This document shows, piece by piece, positions 50,965 to 62,281 of a stretch of DNA of 64,000 nucleotides (position 1 is the first letter of the stretch; each line of letters begins with the position of its first letter). Position numbers and translations under genes: made by a program. Source of the DNA: Vermamoeba vermiformis (taxonomy: Eukaryota); assembly GCA_045837725.1 (NCBI GenBank), contig JBEWZL010000227.1, positions 186,001-250,000 of the forward strand, written 5' to 3'. A model generated the notes under the pieces. It saw only the letters and a list, made by a program, of their open reading frames with translations, had not been told where the DNA came from and did no database searches.

Positions 50965-53900
50965 ATGGGCAATAATAGCAGTACTTCAGCCTCTAATACT
51001 CCTTGTAAATTCTATCAAGTAAGTAGCTAGCTCCTATAATATCTAATTTATATTCAATGAATATTTTGGGCAGTCACAGCCCGGAACAACAACTGACTTG
51101 AAATTGTCTTGCGAATTCTCCCTTTGATATTTTTGGATTTTTAATATTGTTTCTAATATATTACGAGCAAATACAACGATATTTTGATATTAATTCGGTT
51201 TCTTTAATAAATTAGTTAAGGGGTGCAGGTCGTGATTTTTTTTCTTAACGCAAAGAATCTTGTTTAGGAAATGACAATTTAATTAGTATATACCACGTAA
51301 ATATTCGCGTAGTATCATATATACATTATCATCAAGTAATTATTGAATGAGAAAATTGAATCCGGACAACGGGATCCAGCAAAGTACACGAATTAAAAAA
51401 TCAGACACTAATATTTAATTTTGTGGTACAGCTCGGTCAATGCGCTAAAGGCAGCAAGTGCCCCTTCTTGCACAAGAAAATATCAAGTTCTAATCAAATT
51501 TGCAAGTTCTATGCTGGCGGATTCTGCCGCAACGGAGATCGGTACGTGCAATACTTAAAATATACTTGGGTTGGCTCAATTTGTGATTTTAAGCATTGAA
51601 AAGATACGCCAATAATATTTTTTATGGTATTAATGCCTTTTTTGTTATTTTCTCAGGTGTCCTTTTGCGCATGTGAAACCGAACGACGATCTGAGTGACG
51701 AAGTGGAGTCTGAGGACCAGAACTTGAATTTATCTGCCAATGAGCATTCATTAGGCGAGACTAGCTCATCTTCTTACGACAACGCGACTGTTTCTCCTCC
51801 GAATCCAAAATCTCAATTTCAATCACCCCCGAATCCCACGTCTTTTGCTGGAAAGGAATCATCTCCTTATGCCTCGCGAGAATTCAATTCGCCGCCTAAC
51901 AAAAATAACATGCCTAATGGCACGAGCAGCTCTATGAACGGACGACATCCGCATCAAGCCAGTTCAGCTGCAGGATCACATCCAGCTCCACTCGAGATTG
52001 AAGACGACGATGAAGATTTGGACATTTTAATTACCAAGTCTATTGATATGGGCATGGACGACGATGACGACGATTCATCTTACGAAGAAGAAGAGCCCGG
52101 CAAATCCGCGTACCCTACATCCTCTGCAGTTGCGATGGCCCAACGATCGCGCGCAAATAGTCTTCAACATAACTCGGGCAGCTTTGATTTTCTGTTCTTA
52201 AAGAGTGCCTCGCCATTGTCGCACTCGACGTTCTTCGAAGATGTGTTTACCTCGCGAAGTGAGCACATCTGGAAAAATCAAGCTGGATCCGTGACGCAAC
52301 CACCAACTGGAAACTTGATCGCTGGAAATACTTCCAACACGCACAAGGGTAATTCAGGCTTCAATTTGCCGCTCAAGTCACCTATCTTCACTGGCACTAG
52401 TGGTGGATCCGTTCAAAGCCCGCGCTTGTCAGGCTTGAATTCTCCGCGCGAGAACCCACGTACTGGACACGCAGTCTCGTCCTATAGCGGCACTGTGAAT
52501 CAAACTGCCGCTGTGGCTCCACACGGTCTTGCCAAGGCTCATCGAAGTGACAGCAGCAGCTCGTTGTTCTCTGAAAACGATCCTGCTTTTGCACTGCTCT
52601 CGCCGACCACACGCGTCGTTAATCCACCAATCATCAATGCTTCTTCTGGTGGCAGCCAAGTCCAAGTGACCGGCGAAGAAGAGTTCGATCCAATGTTCCA
52701 AGTGCCCTATGATCAACCCACGGACGAGAGTCAGCCTGAGTCATTCGCTGAAGAAGATATCGTGATCACTCCACGCAATGGTGAGAGTCACGTGGTCAGT
52801 GCTAATCGACCAATCATGAACTTCTTGCATCAACCCGTGTCAGTCCCCAGCAGTTTGACATCGCCCTACGGTTCATCATTGCCCAAGCACGGGACAGTCT
52901 CGCCGAACAGTCACATGAGCACGAGTGTCAATAAGATCGTCTTCGTTGAAACAGCAGTCAATAGCAACAAGTTTGGCCACAATGTCAACAACGGATCTCC
53001 CGTCGAACAAATCGAGCCATACGATCAACCCTTTGAAGACATTTCTCCACCGTTCTATTCGGATTCGTTGTCGCAGTCCATGAAGCTCTCGGGAAGTCCG
53101 CCAGGCAAAAAGGGCAAGACGCTGTGCACGTTCCATATTGATGGCAAATGTCGATATGGTGACACGTGCAGAAACATTCACGGAGATGTGTGTGACATGT
53201 GTGGCAAGCCTTGTTTGATCCCCGGTGACACTTCTCAAAACGAGAGTAAGTATCAGCTACAGAGCGATCAGGATCCTGCGATCTGGATGTGGATCCTGTC
53301 AGCCTCGCTTTGATTTTATTAACAGAAGGACGAGTATTAATATATTATCATTAGAGCACATCGCAGTGTGCGAGGAAAAGCAGCAGAGACAACGAGACAT
53401 TGATACGTCAAGAGACTACGAATGTGGCATTTGTAACGAAAGAATTATTGAAAACGGAAGAAAGTTCGGTCTCTTAGGTAAGTTCGTTGATAGAATTTCT
53501 CTCGAATATAACCTTTTTTGGCATTATTAAAGTTGCTAATATGATTTTTTGATAGTGACGTGCAATCACATCTACTGCGTTCCGTGCATTAAACAATGGC
53601 GTCAAGACAACCAATCGTCCGAATGCCCGCATCCCAAGTGCTCGACCGTCAGCACGTACATTGTGCCATCACCGACGTACGTGTCTGAAGGTCCCAAAAA
53701 GAACAGTTTGGTCGCCAGTTACCGCGAAAAAATGACAAAGATACCGTGCAAGTATTTTGACTTTGGAAAAGGAACTTGCAAATTTGGCGATAACTGTCAT
53801 TATGCACACGTGGATGGCAATGGAAGGTAAGTCAATCGAATTTTAATTAGACAATTAGAATTTTTCACGAATCTGTATCAAAAATCTCATTTTGTATTTT

Positions 53901-54027
53901 TAGACCCGTGTCAATGCCGCAAAGAACGTTTATTGACAGCTCGGGTGAATTCCAACATTACGGCGAAATTAAATTAGCGATGTTCCTTGAGCCGCAACTT
54001 GAGAGGAAAAAATCGAACAACGATTAA
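50965..54027 (+). CDS. Makorin-like CCCH zinc finger / RING E3 ligase
   Basis: CKFYQLGQCAKGSKCPFLH, CKFYAGGFCRNGDRCPFAH, CRYGDTCRNIHGDVCDMCG, the RING ECGICNE..FGLL..CNHIYCVPCIKQWR, and CKYFDFGKGTCKFGDNCHYAH. Confidence 0.9.
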
Positions 54028-54242
54028 GACAAAAGAAAACAACAACAAGAAAATGTAAAATTAATACGAACGACAACAAAACAAAACCAACAACCAAAGA
54101 AAAGAAAATTGTATTAAAGTAACTTATTAATTTTGTGCCATAGTTGAAAACAACAAAGAAAACGAAACCAAAACTAATGTACATAAAAAAAAATACCCAA
54201 AATAAAATAATTTTGATTGATTAAGAATTATTAATTACATGT

Positions 54243-56333
54243 TTATTCTCCAGCATTAGCTGATAGCAAACTCGGTTGAGTCTGCATTTTAATGGAGCTT
54301 CGATTAGCTTTTTTGCTCTCGTCGATAGAGCTCAATGGGCCGCACGGTCTTGGCTCTTGAATGGTGAGCAAAATCATCAGACTTGTAAAAGTTGTGGTGA
54401 AATAGGTTGTGAACCACATTCCGTAGTATCCCCAAGGCTGCCAGATCAGATCCGTCAAGCCTCCGATAACGATCGCCGTTAACCATAGAATAACACCTGC
54501 TGTGCTTGTATAGATAAACGTAGTAGCCTAGAATAGAAGACGGAAGTTAGCTTCCGGCGTAAAATTTTTTGACACGTGTCACCACGTACTCTTGTCAATC
54601 GTTTGGCGCGTCCCTGGCTAACCTCGACTTTCATCTTCTTACGTGACCGAGTAAGCTTGACGCCCGTGATATAATAAAATATGATACAAGCCAATCCAAC
54701 AATTACGTAGAATATACCAATGATGATAAGGAAGAGGGTTATCGGAAATGAAACTCCTCGTAAAATACTTTGTGCAAGTTCCAGGGCTAAAAATACCGCA
54801 AATACGGCCCAAAACGGCTTTTTGAACTTCTTTAAATTTCTGTTGATTTTCACCGTGTTCTTGTCCATGAGTTCGTGCCTAATTTGGTTAGACGGTTTGA
54901 CGGCCTAGAAGGACTTACCAATACAAACTGACCAGCATTAAGTTCATGATTAAGAAGGGCCAGTGGGGTGTTATTAATAGATTGTTCAACATGAACGGAT
55001 AAACTCTTCTGGACATGAGCGGATCCACCGCAACTGACAAGAATCGAACTATAAAAAATTTATTAGATCCGCTATTTGACCATAGCATCCTACTTACTAG
55101 TATTTCCGACCATTTCTAACACTAGCATCGTTTGAGTGACGGTAAATTGACCCCGTTGACAGCCCTTGATCTTGGCAAAAACAGCGAATTTGTAAACGGC
55201 CAAAACGAGGCAAGTCAGCGTAAAAGCTGACATAAATACCGAGAAAAATATTACAGCGCCTGAATTCATCATTTCATCCCAGGCATTGTAATCTGGCAAT
55301 GAAATTTTTAGCCCGCGAGGTTGCATCCGATTTTGATTTTTTGCCATAATTGGTTATTCGAATCCACTTACCTCCGGAAGTTATTCTAACTGTAATATTA
55401 TAGCCATCTACTAAGTATTGTTGAAGTTGCGCCAGTCTTGGTGGCGAGGCTTGAACCACAGGAATTGTTACGTCAGGAAAAAAGCCGTATTCTACTACAT
55501 AGTTGTTGATACCAGGAATATCCACTAGAAATATAAATGATAAGTAACATAGCCATTTTTGAATCTGCCGCGGTAGCTTCTTGTTGCCTTGGGAATTTTG
55601 CCAAATAAGGAAAATTTACATTTCGTAAATCGATCAACCGCAACACCGGGCAAACGAAACATTAACAAAATTCGGAATATATATTGAGATGATTGAGTTA
55701 ATTTTACGAAATTGACTTACAGGGACCGAATCCGCTAAACGTGATGATCCCGACGATCGATCCAACTCTATTTACTGTTTCAAGCATTTGTGGGTATCTT
55801 GGGCTGTCGAATATCATAATGCTATAGTTGGAACGATATAAATGCATTAGAATCATAATCTCGAGTTTGAAATTTTGACATTAGATCCAAATCCAACCTG
55901 TTTTCCAGATTTGAGCTATTGTATAGTGCTAATGGTGCTGTAATATTGAACTGAAAATCTTTAGGACCAAAAAGAGTTTGCCGCGGCGTTAGGAAAGTCT
56001 GAAAAACAAGCCGTTAAAACAGCGCATCTCACTAAAAATATTATTAAAATTAAATTTGATACAGATTTGATCAAGTTGAGAATATTATAATGACCTCTTC
56101 CCATTAAATTTTTCGCTTTACTTACAATACCAGCAAATTCTGGCGGGCTTAAAATTTCCAACGCCGTGCTGCTCCATATTAAACCTTTGTATAAATTTAA
56201 TGAGTAATTATTAATACCGTTTTAACGACCCTCCAGCCGCAATTAATGTGACGTGAACGGTATTCGATCCCGCCCCAGCCATGACGTTACTTACACATGA
56301 GTATTATAATATTACGTTGCAGAGACATGGCAT
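54243..56333 (-). CDS. Signal peptide + extracellular (PA-like) domain + multi-pass, about 7-TM, membrane protein
   Basis: MPCLCNVIIILMCLIWSSTA signal peptide, an extracellular part with IPVVQA..LQQYL..ITVRIT..YNAW, then successive hydrophobic helices. Confidence 0.65.
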
Positions 56334-56639
56334 TGTGGTACAGCATGAGGTTCAACTTTCGTGATTTTATTTTTTCGTGTTGTCTGACCCGAGATCTATT
56401 TTTGGTTTCACAAACTTTGAAAAAGGAAATAAGCGATGAACTAACCCGTTTTATTTTATAAATAAACGTTCAGTATAATAATTGAATATTAGTGATATTG
56501 CTTAATTACACTCTTTATCGACAATTAGGGATGCATCTACTCAGAATTTTCTGAGCCGAGTAAAATAAGCGATTGCCACAGTTTAAGAAAAGTTTTCTAC
56601 TCGTTTTTTTCAGTTACTATCTGTATTACAGTACACAAC

Positions 56640-59460
56640 ATGTCCCTCTTCGTAGGCAAGTAAATTTAGCATGCACGCCGATCACTTGAACGTTCTTATT
56701 GTACATCAAACTACCAAATTGGATTTTAAATTTTAAATTACAGCTTAATCTTACTCCTTCCCGTATATTCGATGTTATTCATAATAGTTTACCACAGGAA
56801 GATTACCAAGCGACGTTCGTCAACGAGAATTAGAAGATTTGTTTGACAAATATGGCAAGATCCTCCGTTGCTACATTAAGTCAAGTAGGTTAACGCGATC
56901 AACGTTGTAGTGAAATTATATTTGTAGCTTATTTTTTAGCACGAATTTTGTACTAAGCTTAGAATCTTCCAATATTACCTAATTCAATTCTTGTATGCGT
57001 ACTTAAGCCGTTAGATGGTTGCAGTAATTAAAAATACAATTGTAGACTATGCTTTCATCGAGTTTGAAGACAGAAGAGACGCTGAAGATGCCATTAAGGG
57101 GATGGACGGTTACCGTTTGAGCGGCCGTCCCATCGTCGTTGAGTGGGCTAAGGGCAGTAGAAGGGATAGTGATTCGCGAGGTTAGTGCACTTTACGATTC
57201 TCAAGCCTTGGTGACGAGACTAACTTGAAATCATTTTGTTGCAGATGTCGATCGCGCGTCATGCTTCAACTGCGGTGAGAAGGGTAACTGGGCTCGTGAA
57301 TGTCATATGCAAGCATCGTATTAACATATGACTATGCGACGAATCATTCTAACTGTTGCTTAGTGATGTCAGCCGCCGTCATTCCAGATGTAGATCGATG
57401 TCAAGATCACCCAAGCGATCAAGGTACGTACGCGATACTAGACATTATCGATACTTTTCCCTATGATTCTCGAGTAATTCCTCATTTTTGTGACCGAAAG
57501 TAATTTTGCATTTTTTCTCAAGTCCTCTTTTACACCTAAATCTTTAGATCAACACCACGAATGGAAAAAACAGTAGCTCAAAAATTCGATTATATTGTCG
57601 TATTGGACTTTGGTAAGAAAGATAGGTACTACGATCTAACCCATCCTTGCTAACGGAATTTAAATTGTCAGAGGCGACTTGTGATGAGAAGAAAAATTTC
57701 GGGCCTCAAGAAATTATCGAGTTCCCGTCAGTATTAATCAATACAAAGACCTACCAGGTAAGATCAAGTCGCGAATAAATTATAAAAAAGTTATTTTACC
57801 TTAGATTAACTAAAATAGACCACAAAAATCATTAATGCATTGATTATTATCTATTTAAATATTTTAAGCGAAATCCGTTCACAATTTAATTTTTTTGTCG
57901 CAGGTCGAAAGCGAAATCCAACTTTATATAAAGCCTGTTGCTCAACCACAATTAACCAAGTTCTGCACTGAACTTACGGGCATCACACAAGACAAAGTCG
58001 ACAAGGGCGAGCCATTTTTACCGGTAAGGCTTCAATCTAAACCCTTACACGTGCATCCGCATTGAACCAGCCTTTTTTAACTTTTATTGCTCGTTTTATT
58101 AATAATTACATTATAGTCTTTCGAAAAATATCAAGCGTGGCTGAAGGAAAACAAGCTCTTCGATAAAAAATGGACTTTCTTGACTTGCGGAGGTAAGAGA
58201 TCCGTTCTATGAAAATCTCTCGCCTAGGAAAACGCTTAATATCTATCATATACAACGATATTATAATATTTACGTGTTATTTATGCTCATTATGTTTTTG
58301 TAGATTGGGATCTGCTTCGCATGTTGCCAGCACAAACTAAACTCTCTGGCATTCGAATTCCAAAAGAATTTAAGAGCTGGATTAATATCAAAAAAGTATT
58401 TTCATCATTTTACAACAGAAATGCTGCCGGTACGTTACCTACAAACTTCATTTATTTGCCACAAATTTTTGCACGTGACTGACTTTCGACGGATCTGCTT
58501 AGGCATGGCTGGCATGTTAAATATTCTCGGCATGAAATTAGAAGGTAGACACCACTCTGGTATTGATGACTGCAGAAATATTGCCAGAATTGCTGTTGTA
58601 AGTGTCAGATCTGCCTCGTGACGCGTACCTCTCGCGACATTGAACACTTCCTAACTAACGCCTTTTCCGATCAGCAAATGATGAAAGACGGCGTAATATT
58701 TGATTACACTGAAGCACCTAAAGCTGAGGCTGGAGGCAATGACGCACCTGTTTCAAACTTGCCTTGGGTTGAGGTACGGATCTCGAGCACGAACCTACGA
58801 CCATTAGTGAATTGAGTTCTTAACGCTAACATGCAACAGGTTGGCAAAGGCAAGTTCTGTCTTTTACCACGCCCCAACAAGAAGAAAATTGGCGAGTTGA
58901 AGATGGAAGGCTGTGAAGTACTGGTCACCATGATGACTGATGCCGAAGGAGCCAACCGTACGTACTTAAATGTAATCACGTGACTTATAGCACTGTACTA
59001 ACGACTTGGGACCTACAGTATTTAAACAAGGATGCGAGTTCTCAATGCTCGAGTGGGTTCATTTGCCAATGCCCGCAAAGTCACTCCCTTCACCGATGGA
59101 CAAAGACTTTTTCAAGACTCGTAAGTCCTGCTTATAGTTCGTATTATCTAAGCATTATACTAATGGTATGATTATGTATGCAGGTGTTGCTGAACTGGCG
59201 AAGATGTTGAACGAAGGCCAAAAGATTGTTTTCCACTGCGACGACGGAATCACGCGATCAGCCGTCATTGTTTACGCTGTTTTGCGCAGCTTAGGCAAAG
59301 ACGCTGCTAAGGCTGAAGAGCTGATAGTCAAGTCAAGGTAAAGATATCATGCATTAAATATCCGTATCAAACTAATGTGATCGATAGAGCGCCTGCCGCG
59401 AAAGGATTAACATTTACAGCGCGACAATGGGCTGACGACATTGCAGGCGTTTCTAAATAA
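56640..59460 (+). CDS. Putative chimera: SR-protein-like RRM + Zn knuckle + short RS, ERI1-family DEDDh exonuclease, and CX5R phosphatase-like domain
   Basis: Motifs [97 protein letters not shown] and [10 protein letters not shown]. Exon phases are compatible. The exonuclease could instead start at ATG 57561. Confidence 0.75.
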
Positions 59461-59716
59461 AGCGGAATAACTTTTGTTTTTTAACCTTCGTGCAGTTTAA
59501 GTCCCGACAAAATGAAATTCTGAACCTGCTCAAGTAAGTGGTGGAATAATAAGCGAATCTGATAATCTCTTCAGGAGTACAGTAAGGCTAGAATAGTTAA
59601 TCTGTCACTATCTGTCAAGTAACGTGTCAAATTACGGAAAGACAGCGGACACCGGCAAAAATCTTGGTAAGAAATTTATTCTTTAAATTTCAACAATAAG
59701 CAGAGCAACATAAGAG

Positions 59717-62201
59717 ATGTTAATACGCTCTACTATAATGTTGCTGATCGTTGCGCTGTTGCAACTTAGCCTTAGTTGTAAGTAGATCTCCTGATTAGGG
59801 AATCTGTTTCTTTACTAAACCTGGTTATTTTATAGCAATGGCTCAGCCTACAATTAAGACCGCCTGGGAACAAATTAACGAACTCAGCGGCAGTTTTTAT
59901 CTTAGTGGTAAAACCGAGCCAAGAGTTGCAACTTTTTCGGATGGTCGTTATGTTGTTGTTTATACGGTCCAAACAGCTGGTTCTTATTATAATGCGGTCG
60001 GCAAGATTTATAATGGAGATGGAACCGTATATAAAGCTGAATTTGCTTTGGCTGATAATGTTGCGGCTAGTGATATACATCAAGCTCCAAACGTAGTTAT
60101 TTTCGAAGATGATTCGTAAGTACCTTCAATAAATTGCTTTCAATAAGTGCTAATAATTGCGTAATGTATAGGTTTTTGGCAGTTTGGAGATACGTTAACT
60201 CAGATCCGGATCAAATTAAAGCCAGACGGTTTAATTCTGACGGAACAGCCGCAGGTGCCTCGTTTAATGCTTACGACTCCAATATTAGTCCCTCTTCTGG
60301 TGTAAGCCATTTAATATTATTAAGATTCGCTCACAGAATCAAGGCACGTGATCTGACAGCTATCTTTAGAATTCAATTGAAGTTGTTGCAACTCGATTAA
60401 ATGGCTTTGCTATGGTCTATTCAGCTGCTAGTAGTTGTACTGGTGCTGCAGTGGTGCAATTCGACGCTAACAACAACCAGATCTTTTCTCAATGTTACGA
60501 CTCTGGCACCCTCTCCGTATGTTTTTAATTTACTTGGAAAATAGTATTAATATGATTGAGTATAGGACCCAAAGGCTAGTTTAGTATACGATTCTTATTC
60601 AACAAACGTGTTTTTCTCTCATGAAACGGATTCGGGAGGTTTGCTCGTTGGTGGAGTTGGATCTGACGCCTTAAATCGCTACAGTCAGAGATTTGCATTT
60701 TCTACGGTTGATCCTATGACTTTATCGGAGCCTTCCATTCTTGTCAATGCTCAAGACTCCATGTCAATTTTCTCCGTTGCAAGCAACTCGATCTATGGTA
60801 ATGTCATAGTTTTTCCGCCATTCACTGAAGCATTATTTTATAGCTTTCAGCGTCATTCCACCTCTCCCGGCTCCTGGAAGTGTCAGACAAAATCTTTTTA
60901 AACAAAGCACTACTTCTATCTTTTACTCAAGTCCTCGAACTGTCCGGATCAGCGATGTTAGTACTCTCGTCGCATACAGACTGACAAATATCAATACCAA
61001 CACGAAATATATCGGATGTAAGTAGGCCATATTTATATATACTTAAGGTGCTAACGCCGAGTAGATCAATTGGCGAGCTACACTCCATCCAGCGGACAAA
61101 TTATTGTCGCCCCACTGGGCGATGAAATCACAGGTAAGCAACGATGAAAATTTATCACTTTCAGTTATTTAACAAACAGCGTTCAGCTCAATCCAATATC
61201 GTTGGCTTGTACATGACCGTGCTTCCCAGATCTTCAGAAATCGTGATGGTCGGCAAAGACACTTCGACCCTCGCTGTTATGAGACAGGTTTTGACTTTCT
61301 GTGGCAACGGTGTGCTTGATATGGAGGAGGAATGTGATGGCAGTGCCAACTGTGACACGAACTGCAGATGTTTGGCTGGTTTCTACGGCTTCAATGGCGT
61401 CTGCACGTATCCCAATGTCGAACCTTCGTTGGATTGCGTTGAAGTCCGACAGACCGGATACGTCGTTTATTTCAGTTTTAACAACCGAGATGCTGTTGAT
61501 CATAACATTAACTACGGTTTGGTCAATTATTTTGCTCCAGAAAATTTGGCTGTAAGCAGATCCCGATCCAGATCTTGACCGAGAATACTAATTGAACTGT
61601 TATGTAGACCGATCGTCCTACGCTGTACCCTAGCGGTCAATCGCTTATATACCCTGCATCTCCGTATAGTACTGCCGTGCCTTTCTCCATTTCAACTATC
61701 ACGTGGCAGTTAGGCTCGTACAATTTGACCGTTGATGTCACAGATCCACACGTCTGACACTTTTGACACTTTTGACACTTTGACACTTGAACGCTAATTG
61801 CTTGCTTTAGATCGCTCTTCAGTGACTATAAGAACACTACTAAACGAGCCCAAATTGAATCTGATCTCGTGACTGGCACTCCTGGCACCGTCATCAAAGA
61901 AGTGACACCTGTACCTGGTGGCACCGAAGTTCGCGGTACTCGATCAGATCCGAACACGAATCCACGCACTCCGTCTGGCACTATCACGCCAATCTCAAAT
62001 CCGTCAGATGGACCATCAAGTACCAACCCTGGCTCACCTTCAAGTACCAATCCAAACACGCCGTCCGGTTCTAACCCAAACAATCCGAACTCGCCTGGTA
62101 CTTCCCGAGGACCTGACTCTGCATTGACATCTTCTGCTTCATTAAGTCAAATTTTGTTGGCCAAGTTCTTGTTACTGGTCGTCAGCTTTTTACTTGTTTA
62201 A
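59717..62201 (+). CDS. Secreted/GPI-type surface protein with CGNG..EECD cysteine-rich and EGF-like module, apparently broken near 61755
   Basis: Signal peptide MLIRSTIMLLIVALL, FCGNGVLDMEEECDG..CRCLAGFYG, a Pro/Ser/Thr stalk and a hydrophobic tail. In-frame TGA at 61755. Confidence 0.75.
61755..61790 (+). repeat. (T)TTTGACAC tandem repeat
   Basis: tgacac ttttgacac ttttgacac tttgacac ttga. Related arrays occur at 11701-11731 and 17412-17435. Confidence 0.85.
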
Positions 62202-62281
62202 ATTAACTTTCCAAGTATGCAACTTATTTATTCAAGTAAAAAATGTTACTAAAATATTTCTTTTTAAAATACAATTAAGAA

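Noticed and set aside
61755-61790. TTTTGACAC array as a telomeric repeat or CRISPR
   Set aside because: Only about four short units, internal, with no spacers. CRISPR is implausible in an intron-rich eukaryotic context.
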